A DNA stretch of 24,000 nt, from positions 12,592-36,591 of the forward strand of contig JAIKWW010000018.1 in the NCBI GenBank assembly GCA_024684465.1. The letters are read 5' to 3'. The DNA is from Clostridia bacterium (GTDB lineage Bacteria > Bacillota > Clostridia > Peptostreptococcales > Anaerovoracaceae). Position numbers and translations under genes: made by a program. The notes under the pieces were generated by a model. That model did no database searches. It was not told the origin of the DNA and saw only the letters and a program-made list of their open reading frames with translations. Positions 1 to 7,348 of the stretch are shown one piece after another (the stretch's first letter is position 1; every line of letters starts with the position of its first letter).

Positions 1-14
1 TTTGGAACTGCCAT
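1..14 (-). CDS. First 4-5 codons of a CDS that runs off the left edge. It begins M-A-V-P-(K/N), which is compatible with the N-terminus of ribosomal protein L32, but there is too little sequence to prove it.
   Basis: ATG at 14..12 is preceded by the Shine-Dalgarno GAGGAGGTG (plus-strand cacctcctc, 21..29) with a 6-nt spacer. A consensus promoter lies just upstream at 52..80. Only 14 nt of the gene are visible. Confidence 0.3.
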
Positions 15-51
15 TTAAAACACCTCCTCGCCTTTTCAAAGTAACAGTAAT

Positions 52-80
52 ATTATATCGATGGATAATGTGAGTGTCAA
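52..80 (-). promoter_or_regulatory. Consensus sigma-A/sigma-70 promoter, TTGACA-N17-TATAAT.
   Basis: On the minus strand the sequence reads TTGACA (80..75), a 17-nt spacer, then TATAAT (57..52). It sits about 35 nt upstream of the SD/ATG at 29..12 and immediately downstream of the tmcAL stop. Confidence 0.6.
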
Positions 81-125
81 TGAAAATAATGAAAACATTT
101 TTGATATTTTGGCAAAAAAAGCGCA

Positions 126-1349
126 CTAGACTTTGTTTACCGGAATATATTTCTTGTCAATATCGAATCCATTTTTTCCGGACCTCAGTAATTCGTACAA
201 AGCAGCTGCTCTTCCATCAAATTCAAGCATTTTCTTCACTCGGGAATCAGAGTCTTTTGATCCGGCAAGATTGTTTATAACCGGAATTTTCGACTTTTCC
301 CTCATCTCTTTCAGCACATCTCTGCCCTTACTGTTAAAACCCAGTACTCTGGCATAATACGTGCCCCTGAGCTGCTCCTGCTCCGTCTTTCTGACATTTA
401 CGAGAATCTGCATGAGCATCCGTCTGATCCTCGCCATGGTATACCTTCTGGATTTGATGCCTTCGGCCAGCTCATCCATGGATCCTGCTCCTGCAAGAGC
501 TGAAATGATGCGGTTTTCCAAACCCTCTGTCACCATGTTTATTCCGGAAAGTTCCTCTGCAGACGCTGTCATTATCCTGTACGTGAGAATTTTAAATAAT
601 CGATCCTCATCCACTAAATCATTTCCGGACAGTGCACGAATTATTATATCATATGTTGAAACAGGAACAAAAGACTTTATTTCCTCAGTCATCCTCCTCT
701 TCATCATCTGCCGTATTGCGCTTCCGGACATGAAGTTCAGGACTGCACTTTCCTGATCATGTTCCACGCCCTTACGTTTTATGATAAATGGATCTATTCC
801 TGAACCCATACGTCTTATCGCCGCCGTATACTCAACTCCCAGCAGATTGTTCGGACTTGACAGATATTCGGCCGTCCCGGCCCCATACAGTCTGCGGACT
901 GCCTCTGAAAATGCACTTGCATAGGTCCTGCCTTCATGAAGCAATTCCCGGAGCACCTCTGCTCCTCTGCTGCATCCGCTGCTATCTCCCACGTCATTAA
1001 CCGCCTCAGCCGCCAGAAACAGAAGCTCTCTGTCCGCACTTTCAGCTCCAAAGGCTAATCCTGACACACAGCCTGTTCCCTCCAGAATGCTGACAGCACC
1101 CTCTGCGAACTCCCTGGCACTGCCACAAGCATACAGAAAAGGTAACTCTAATACCAGATCCACTCCTGCAAGTGCCATTTCAGTTCTGGCACGTTTCTCA
1201 AGCGAAGCAGGTGTTCCTCGCTGGGTAAAGCATCCGGACATAACTGCCACCAGGGCATCGGCGCCGGTCTCCTTCCGGGCCCGTTCCGCCATGTACAGAT
1301 GCCCGTTGTGAAAGGGATCATATTCCGCAATGATTCCAGTAACTCTCAT
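126..1349 (-). CDS. tmcAL: tRNA(Met) cytidine acetate ligase (TmcAL/YlbM family nucleotidyltransferase).
   Basis: The N-terminus MRVTGIIAEYDPFHNGHLY...VAVMSGCFTQRG...ELPFLYA...SPNNLLGVEY matches my recollection of B. subtilis YlbM/TmcAL. The ORF-track start at 1358 is a GTG. The ATG at 1349 has an AGGAG 8 nt upstream and gives the family-typical N-terminus. Confidence 0.8.
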   Translation of the reverse strand: MRVTGIIAEYDPFHNGHLYMAERARKETGADALVAVMSGCFTQRGTPASLEKRARTEMALAGVDLVLELPFLYACGSAREFAEGAVSILEGTGCVSGLAFGAESADRELLFLAAEAVNDVGDSSGCSRGAEVLRELLHEGRTYASAFSEAVRRLYGAGTAEYLSSPNNLLGVEYTAAIRRMGSGIDPFIIKRKGVEHDQESAVLNFMSGSAIRQMMKRRMTEEIKSFVPVSTYDIIIRALSGNDLVDEDRLFKILTYRIMTASAEELSGINMVTEGLENRIISALAGAGSMDELAEGIKSRRYTMARIRRMLMQILVNVRKTEQEQLRGTYYARVLGFNSKGRDVLKEMREKSKIPVINNLAGSKDSDSRVKKMLEFDGRAAALYELLRSGKNGFDIDKKYIPVNKV

Positions 1350-1378
1350 GACTGACACTCCTGTTTATGATCATATCC

Positions 1379-1987
1379 TCAGAAGCACGGATGACAGCAC
1401 GGGTTGCATATAAGATTGATAAGACAAAGATCCATGCATCCGCAGCCGTTTCCCTGTGCATAACCACCGTACGGATTCTGTCTGTACGTATATGCGGCCC
1501 CACCATTTTCAAGCTGATTCAGAAGCTGACGATAACTGAGATTGCCCGGCTCGAGATTTACTGCCATGCGGGCACACTCAAGCGCAGCATAGTTGTTGCC
1601 CATTCCATCCTGTGCCACAGCACAAAGAGCATACCACCTGGCGTCTCTGTTTGAAATACCCATCAGAACGTTCATTCCCTCCTCGTAATGTCCGGAAGCT
1701 ATATAATTCTTCGCAGCCTGATAGTGAGCATCACTGTTATCACTATCGTATCCGGCATTTCCGCCAAAGGGATCAAAGCCGCCATATCCTGAGTTTCCGC
1801 CGTTCTTGCGTTCATTCATTATATGGTCATAAGCCTCATTGACAACCTTAAACATGTCTTCAGCCGCCTTATTTCCCGGATTTCTGTCCGGGTGATATTT
1901 TCGGGCCAGATTCCGATATGCTTTTTTTACTTCATCATCTGTTGCGTTTCTGTCAATGCCCAGAATCTTATAGGGATCAGACATCAT
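1379..1987 (-). CDS. J-domain (DnaJ N-terminal domain) protein with a Gly-rich linker, a TPR-like helical region and a Cys-rich hydrophobic C-terminal tail. It is not a canonical DnaJ, because it lacks the CxxCxGxG zinc-finger repeats.
   Basis: It carries the J-domain signature DPYKILGI...[14 protein letters not shown]. The C-terminus is [24 protein letters not shown]. Its start overlaps the upstream gene's stop (ATGATG/TGA, 1984..1987). Confidence 0.85.
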   Translation of the reverse strand: MMSDPYKILGIDRNATDDEVKKAYRNLARKYHPDRNPGNKAAEDMFKVVNEAYDHIMNERKNGGNSGYGGFDPFGGNAGYDSDNSDAHYQAAKNYIASGHYEEGMNVLMGISNRDARWYALCAVAQDGMGNNYAALECARMAVNLEPGNLSYRQLLNQLENGGAAYTYRQNPYGGYAQGNGCGCMDLCLINLICNPCCHPCF

Positions 1988-2955
1988 TCCGTCCTTTCTT
2001 CATTACCGGTTTCTGCTTTCCCGAAGGCAGCTTTCCTCCGCCTTTGCTGAGTCTCGCGAAAACTTCTCCATACCCCTGAATAAATTATATTTTTCAGTAT
2101 TTCATCTGTATTCTCTAAAGGGAGCATTTCAAAAGCCTCTGATACTTTTGCCATGTGAAGTCTCAGCATTTCCTCCACCTTTATTTCCAGAAGCATTCTC
2201 TCCCGATCTGAGGCACCTTTGAAATATTCCTTTAAAGGATTAAAAGTACCCTTTTTTAAATCGTCCTCTATATCTGCAAACGCATCGGACACGTAGATAA
2301 ACTTGCCAAGAAAGAATCCGATCTGCCTTAGATACCTGCTCCAGTTGTCATGCTGCACGTCGAATATTTCTTCCGTTATGCGTCCAAAACAGTTTGCAAG
2401 GCGTTCAGTTCCCGATAAAACCGGAAAAAGAATGCTTTCCCTTTTATCGTCCTCTTTTCCATTCCCCGAGAGTTGTTCACAGAAATCAGATCTGACTCCA
2501 TCCCATTCTCTCTCAAGCTGAGAAAGTTCTGTGAGTTTTTCATTCACAACCCGGGCGATTTCCGGATACTCTGCCGAGGCCCTTTCCACATCTTTCCGGA
2601 TCAGAGCAGCATATATCCTCCGGCTGTACTTTCTTTCATCATTCCAGTCGTCCATACATTTGCAGTATGTAAGCAGCATGTTCATATCAGCCGCATAGGA
2701 AGAAAAACGATTCGTTCTCTTCTCTCTCCTTCTGAAAGGATGCACAATGCACCTGTCATTCCTGAGAACTGTTTCCGTATCATAGAGACCGCTCATGAGG
2801 ATGATCAGAAATGTCATGTCATAACCCAGAGTAATACGTCCGGTGTTGCCATACTTTCTCTTTAAATCTGTACAGAGTCCACAGTAATATGATCTGTACA
2901 GATAAAAATCTTTAAACCTCATTTCGGGCTGATCTATCGTGACGATGCCAAACAT
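1984..2955 (-). CDS. DUF5685-like protein of uncharacterised function.
   Basis: The N-terminus [28 protein letters not shown] resembles the YCGLC-containing DUF5685 family as I recall it. The ORF-track start at 3201 would overlap the upstream gene and cross its terminator. The ATG at 2955 has a GGGAG 7 nt upstream. Confidence 0.6.
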   Translation of the reverse strand: MFGIVTIDQPEMRFKDFYLYRSYYCGLCTDLKRKYGNTGRITLGYDMTFLIILMSGLYDTETVLRNDRCIVHPFRRREKRTNRFSSYAADMNMLLTYCKCMDDWNDERKYSRRIYAALIRKDVERASAEYPEIARVVNEKLTELSQLEREWDGVRSDFCEQLSGNGKEDDKRESILFPVLSGTERLANCFGRITEEIFDVQHDNWSRYLRQIGFFLGKFIYVSDAFADIEDDLKKGTFNPLKEYFKGASDRERMLLEIKVEEMLRLHMAKVSEAFEMLPLENTDEILKNIIYSGVWRSFRETQQRRRKAAFGKAETGNEERTE

Positions 2956-2995
2956 GCTACGGCTCCCTGTATCTCGGATATTAACCAATGGTGAT

Positions 2996-3004
2996 ATTTT
3001 ACCA
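2996..3004 (-). promoter_or_regulatory. Possible extended -10 promoter element (TGgTAAAAT) for the DUF5685-like / J-protein / tmcAL unit.
   Basis: The minus strand reads tgTGGTAAAATatc about 40 nt upstream of the ATG at 2955 and downstream of the terminator at 3058..3092. No good -35 element is present. Confidence 0.3.
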
Positions 3005-3057
3005 CAATAAAAGAATGGTAATGTAGAGTTTTTATGAGAATTAGGTGAACTGCAGGC

Positions 3058-3092
3058 ATAAAAAACAGGTGCGACGAAAACCGTCGCACCTG
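3058..3092 (-). terminator. Rho-independent terminator of the molybdoenzyme operon.
   Basis: The minus strand forms an 11-bp perfect stem CAGGUGCGACG / CGUCGCACCUG with a GUUUU loop, followed by UUUUUU. It lies 40 nt after the stop at 3132. Confidence 0.8.
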
Positions 3093-3131
3093 AATTAAAC
3101 ATATTCAGACTAACTCTGAAAAGAATCTCGA

Positions 3132-5519
3132 TTAGAGGTTCTTGCCAACAGACTTCAGATAGTTCAGAACCTTTTCCGGAGTCATAGGCTCTTCTTTGCA
3201 TCTGTAACCGATTGCATCGTATACAGCGTTGAAGATTGCAGAAGGTGTAGGCTGGATAGGGCCTTCGCCGGATTCCTTACCACCGTAAGGAGCAGATGGG
3301 TCGAAGGACTCTACGATTACAGCGTCAACTTCTGGCATATCCAGAGTTCCGCAGAGCTTGTAGTCATGGAATGAAGGGTTCAGCAGACGGCCGTCGTCAG
3401 CATAACGCATTTCTTCGAGGAGTGCGTTACCGAGACCCATCTGGATGGAACCGTGTACCTGACCTTCGCAGGACATAGGGTTGATAGGCTGACCGAGGTC
3501 ACCAGCTTCGGAGATGTGGTTAACATGAACGAGACCAGTGTAGAGGTCAACTTCAACTTCAGCAACCTGGCAAGTGAATCCGAATGTAGGGGAGTGACCG
3601 ATGTTACCACCCTGCTGGATACCCTTTCTTCTAGGAGGTGTGTACTGACCAGTTGTTACGAGAGGTCCGAATGCAGAGATGTACATGGAAACTACTTCGT
3701 TCCAGTCAACATTCTTTCTCTTTCTCTCATAGATTGAGTAGAACTGATAGTCCTTAACACCAACTTCTTCGCCACGGCAACCCATGATGGATGCAGCAAC
3801 AGGGAACAGCTTAGCATTAGCAGCTTCGCATGCTCTTCTGATAGCCCAACCAGTAGCATAAGTTACTCGGGAAGCGAATGTACCGAGGTCGAATGTAGTT
3901 GTTTCTGTATCTCTGGATTCTACCTTAACGTCCTCAGCTCTGATACCGAGAGTTTCAGCAGCTTCCTGAGCCATAACCATGTCGCAGCCCTGACCGATAT
4001 CTGTAGCACCGCAGTAGAGAACTACGTTGTTTTCGCCTTCGATCTTAACCATAGCAACTGAATGTGGCTTGTAAGACAGATACAGAGTATAAGAAGTACC
4101 GGAGATGTAAGTACCACCGGACATACCGATGCCCTGTCCGAACGGCAGCTTACCGTACTTGTTTTCGAAATCAGCGTTGTCACAAGCAACCTGCATGGAC
4201 TTCTTGAATTCAGAATGAGGGATGTACATCATTGAACGGCAAGTGTGGCCGGATTCAATAGCGTTGATCATTCTGATCTTCAGTGGGGACATACCCAGCT
4301 TTTCAGCTGCCATATCCATCATGATTTCCATTGCGAATCTAGGCTGAGATCCACCGAGACCTCTGTGAGCACCGCAAGTATTTGTATTAGTGTAGATCAG
4401 CTTACCAGCGAACTTAGCAGCAGGCATTACATAAGGAATGTGAGTCATACCAGCTGTGTAGAACAGTACTACAACACCCCAGGACATGTAAGCGCCTGCA
4501 ACCATGATCTGGTTGTAGTCGATACCTGTGATGTGACCATCCTTATCGAAGCCCATTCTGAACTTCATGAATGCAGGGTGACGGCCCTGGTTATGAGCGA
4601 ATACTTCAGATCTCTCATAAACAGCCTTTACAGGACGACCGATTCTGCTGGAGAACTTGGAAGTGATGAAGTCTGCAGTTGCAGCAACACCCTTACCACC
4701 GAAACCACCACCGAGGAGTGGAACTGTGATTCTGATGTCCTTCAGAGGCATCTGGAGAACCTTAGCTAACTGCTGATGAGTATAGTGAGGTACCTGGCAA
4801 GTAGCATACAGGTGCAGCTTATGCTTATTTACATCGAAGTCAGCGAGTGCTGCCTGTGGCTCGATGTAAGCATGAGTGTACTGAGACTGATAGAATTCGT
4901 CTTCGATAACTACGTCAGAGTTAGCGAGGATTGCATCTACATCACCATATGCCTGAGTACCCTGGTGAGCGATGTTGGAAGGCTTGTCTTCGTGAATGAG
5001 AACACCTGTCTCATTAGCGAACTGCTCAGACTTACGAGCATCTGTAACTACAGGGAGAAGCTCATATTCAACGTCGATGAGTTCGAGAGCCTTTTCAGCG
5101 ATTTCTTCAGTTACTGCGCAAACAGCGGCAACTGGTTCACCCCACATACGAACCTTTTCTCTTGCGAGAACTTCTTCGTTTGCTGAGTGTGCTACGATAC
5201 CGTAATCGATAGGGAAATCCTTACCGGTCAGAACGTCGAGTACGCCTTCGAGCTCGAGAGCCTTGCTGAAGTCGATGTTCTTAATCTTAGCGTGAGCGTG
5301 TGGAGATCTGAGGATCTTAGCCCATGCCATTCTAGGAAGAGTCAGGTCGCCTGTATACTGATACTTACCGGTAACCTTGGAAGGACCGTCAAGTCTAGGA
5401 ATGGATCTGCCTACTTCAGTGTATTCTCTGGAGTAATCCTTAAAATCGTTATATTTATTAGCAACTTCGAACGTCTTATTCATTCCGCTCTTGATTTCTA
5501 CATTGTAAGTTTCGCCCAT
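3132..5519 (-). CDS. Molybdopterin-binding large subunit of a xanthine dehydrogenase / aldehyde oxidoreductase family enzyme.
   Basis: The 795-aa product contains LLGGGFGGKG, AHRGLGGSQ and the C-terminal GGKESGEGP...AIFNAVYDAIG with the catalytic Glu context. Its ATG directly abuts the TAA of the upstream 2Fe-2S subunit gene. Confidence 0.9.
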   Translation of the reverse strand: MGETYNVEIKSGMNKTFEVANKYNDFKDYSREYTEVGRSIPRLDGPSKVTGKYQYTGDLTLPRMAWAKILRSPHAHAKIKNIDFSKALELEGVLDVLTGKDFPIDYGIVAHSANEEVLAREKVRMWGEPVAAVCAVTEEIAEKALELIDVEYELLPVVTDARKSEQFANETGVLIHEDKPSNIAHQGTQAYGDVDAILANSDVVIEDEFYQSQYTHAYIEPQAALADFDVNKHKLHLYATCQVPHYTHQQLAKVLQMPLKDIRITVPLLGGGFGGKGVAATADFITSKFSSRIGRPVKAVYERSEVFAHNQGRHPAFMKFRMGFDKDGHITGIDYNQIMVAGAYMSWGVVVLFYTAGMTHIPYVMPAAKFAGKLIYTNTNTCGAHRGLGGSQPRFAMEIMMDMAAEKLGMSPLKIRMINAIESGHTCRSMMYIPHSEFKKSMQVACDNADFENKYGKLPFGQGIGMSGGTYISGTSYTLYLSYKPHSVAMVKIEGENNVVLYCGATDIGQGCDMVMAQEAAETLGIRAEDVKVESRDTETTTFDLGTFASRVTYATGWAIRRACEAANAKLFPVAASIMGCRGEEVGVKDYQFYSIYERKRKNVDWNEVVSMYISAFGPLVTTGQYTPPRRKGIQQGGNIGHSPTFGFTCQVAEVEVDLYTGLVHVNHISEAGDLGQPINPMSCEGQVHGSIQMGLGNALLEEMRYADDGRLLNPSFHDYKLCGTLDMPEVDAVIVESFDPSAPYGGKESGEGPIQPTPSAIFNAVYDAIGYRCKEEPMTPEKVLNYLKSVGKNL

Positions 5520-6002
5520 TTATAACACCCCACCTTCTGCAGCGCAAGCTTCAACAGCCTCGAAAATGAGAATATAACCAGTGCATCTGCAAAGGTTACC
5601 GGAGAGAGCTCTCTTGATCTCACCTCTAGTCGGCTTTGGATTATGAGATAATAAATTATAAGAAGACATTACCATACCAGGTGTGCAGTAACCGCACTGT
5701 ACAGCGCCGTGGTTGAGGAAAGACTTCTGAATCGGGTTCATTTCGCCAGTCTTCTGATCAGCGATACCTTCGATTGTAGTAATCTTCTTGCCCTGGCAAG
5801 CCATAGCAAGTGTCAGGCATGAGAGAACAGCCTTACCGTCGATGATAACAGTACATGCACCGCAGTCACCCTGGCCGCAGCCGATCTTAGTACCTGTGAG
5901 ACCAGCTTCTTTTCTGAGTACGTCAACAAGCAGATCAGTAGGAGCAACTCTCAGTTCCAGATCTTCGCCATTAATATTTAAAGTGATTATCTGTTTTTTC
6001 AT
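5520..6002 (-). CDS. [2Fe-2S]-binding small subunit of the xanthine dehydrogenase family.
   Basis: It has two Cys clusters: GCGQGDCGACTV (plant-ferredoxin type) and CGYCTPG...CRCTGY. The SD GGGAGGTG lies upstream of the ATG. Confidence 0.9.
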   Translation of the reverse strand: MKKQIITLNINGEDLELRVAPTDLLVDVLRKEAGLTGTKIGCGQGDCGACTVIIDGKAVLSCLTLAMACQGKKITTIEGIADQKTGEMNPIQKSFLNHGAVQCGYCTPGMVMSSYNLLSHNPKPTRGEIKRALSGNLCRCTGYILIFEAVEACAAEGGVL

Positions 6003-6016
6003 TTCATTACACCTCC

Positions 6017-6892
6017 CTACTTCTTGATCTCGTCAGCGAGGTCTCTGAGGATTCTTCTTGTCAGAGCGCCGATTACATCAACTCTGTACTGAGCGGAAGC
6101 TCTAACGTCAGTGATAGGATGAACCTCAGACTGAGCAGCTTCAGCAGCCTTCTTGATAACTTCTTCGTCACCAATCTTAGTGCCCTTGAGTACAGCAGGA
6201 ACAGCTTCAGAAATGAGCGGCTTGATTGCAACAGATCCCATAACAACCATAGCGTCCTTGATAGTGTCGCCATCTACGTCTAATCTGATGCACATGTTTG
6301 CAACGTCGATTTCCATTGATCTTCTGAGACCAACGTAAGCATACTTAACGTAAGTATTCTTATCAGGCTCAGGAAGAATGATAGTCTTGATGATTTCGCC
6401 TGGCTTCAGACAGTTCTTTCTGTTACCGGTGATGAAATCTTCTACAGGAATAGTTCTTTCACCTTCCTTGCTAACGAGTACGAGCTGTGCTCTGTAGCAG
6501 ATCAGGGAAGCCGGAGTCTCAGCGGAAGGACCGGAGTTGGAGAGGTTACCACCGATGGTACCCATTTCTCTAACCTGTGGGCCGCCGATTTCGCCTGCAG
6601 CATAAGAGAATGCAGGGAACTTAGCCTGTAATTCCTTGGAGAATTCGCAGAAAGCATCAGTAGTGCAAGCACCGATTACAGCGCCCTTACCATCTTCAAC
6701 CTTGAATTCGTTGAGTTCAGGAATATGCTTGATGTCAATAACGTTTGCTGGATGAATGATTTTTTCCTTCAGCTGAACTACCAGGTCTGTACCGCCTGCT
6801 ATAACTTTGGCGTTTTCCTTAGTAGCTAACAGTTCGAGGGCCTCGTCCAGAGTTTCTGGAGCGAAATACTCAAATGGAGTTAAAATATTCAA
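6017..6892 (-). CDS. FAD-binding medium subunit (CO dehydrogenase flavoprotein / XdhB-like).
   Basis: It contains an AGGTDL dinucleotide motif and a typical N-terminus FEYFAPETLDEALELL. The track start at 6901 is a GTG embedded in the SD AAGGAGG. The TTG at 6892 has 8-nt spacing and is preferred, although the exact start remains uncertain. Confidence 0.85.
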   Translation of the reverse strand: MNILTPFEYFAPETLDEALELLATKENAKVIAGGTDLVVQLKEKIIHPANVIDIKHIPELNEFKVEDGKGAVIGACTTDAFCEFSKELQAKFPAFSYAAGEIGGPQVREMGTIGGNLSNSGPSAETPASLICYRAQLVLVSKEGERTIPVEDFITGNRKNCLKPGEIIKTIILPEPDKNTYVKYAYVGLRRSMEIDVANMCIRLDVDGDTIKDAMVVMGSVAIKPLISEAVPAVLKGTKIGDEEVIKKAAEAAQSEVHPITDVRASAQYRVDVIGALTRRILRDLADEIKK

Positions 6893-7078
6893 ACAAGCCA
6901 CCTCCTTAAAAATAAAAAATTTGTTTAGTGTCCGACATATCTGTTCCGAAAAGAACGACCCGCACCAATTTGCAGCTTGATACCGATCATAGACTTGTCA
7001 GATTGTTTATTAATTTAGATCAGACCGGAGCCCGATTAAATTACATCCTTTAAGGTTTTTGCACCCACCTAATTACAA

Positions 7079-7095
7079 TGCAAATTCCATGCCAA
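7079..7095 (-). promoter_or_regulatory. Sigma-54 (RpoN) -24/-12 promoter for the molybdoenzyme operon.
   Basis: The minus strand reads TTGGCATGGAATTTGCA, that is TGGCAT-N5-TTGCA with the canonical GG-to-GC spacing. It lies about 185 nt upstream of the first operon start and immediately downstream of a sigma-54 activator gene. Confidence 0.75.
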
Positions 7096-7133
7096 CTTAA
7101 AAATCTTTGTTAAAAAATTATTCCATATTTTTT

Positions 7134-7155
7134 AAATGTTGAGTTTTCAACATTT
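7134..7155. repeat. Perfect 9-bp inverted repeat AAATGTTGA-gttt-TCAACATTT; its function is unknown.
   Basis: Read directly from the sequence. It is centred about 50 bp upstream of the -24 element. Confidence 0.5.
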
Positions 7156-7229
7156 TTGAACTCTTCATTTAATCGTATGGTCAATTTTATTTCTCACAAA
7201 TTTTTCGCATTATGAAAATCATTATAACA

Positions 7230-7247
7230 TGTAAATTGTAGTTTACA
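7230..7247. promoter_or_regulatory. Candidate enhancer (UAS) palindrome TGTAAA-N6-TTTACA (TGT-N12-ACA type).
   Basis: The arms extend to 7 bp (ATGTAAA/TTTACAT, 7229..7248). It lies about 135-150 bp upstream of the -24 element. A third TTTACA half-site sits at 7277..7282, and TGTAAATT recurs twice at the activator's own promoter. Confidence 0.35.
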
Positions 7248-7348
7248 TTTCTGTTAACTATAATGTATAACTTTTGTTTACAGTCAATTCTCTTTCACTT
7301 TCAGAAAATCTGCGGTTTCAAAAGCCGGCATCCACCGTTTTCATAATA

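Noticed and set aside
2956-3201. An 82-codon N-terminal extension of the DUF5685-like ORF (track start 3201).
   Set aside because: It would overlap the 3' end of the Moco subunit gene and read through that operon's rho-independent terminator (3058-3092). The family-like N-terminus and a GGGAG RBS occur at the ATG at 2955.
4245-5525. Plus-strand ORFs inside the Moco subunit gene (174, 136, 69 and 112 aa).
   Set aside because: They are antisense to a 795-aa CDS with clear family motifs and have no independent support.
6902-7078. A possible Moco riboswitch or other riboswitch in the leader of about 170 nt of the molybdoenzyme operon.
   Set aside because: The leader is AT-rich with only 4-bp local stems. 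I could not recognise the conserved GC-rich core that I associate with the Moco motif. This is not excluded, and a cmsearch would settle it.
7290-7348. A terminator for the activator gene immediately after its stop codon.
   Set aside because: Only 3-4-bp stems are present (for example GAAA...UUUC and CGGU...ACCG) and no proper U-tract follows, so no terminator was called.
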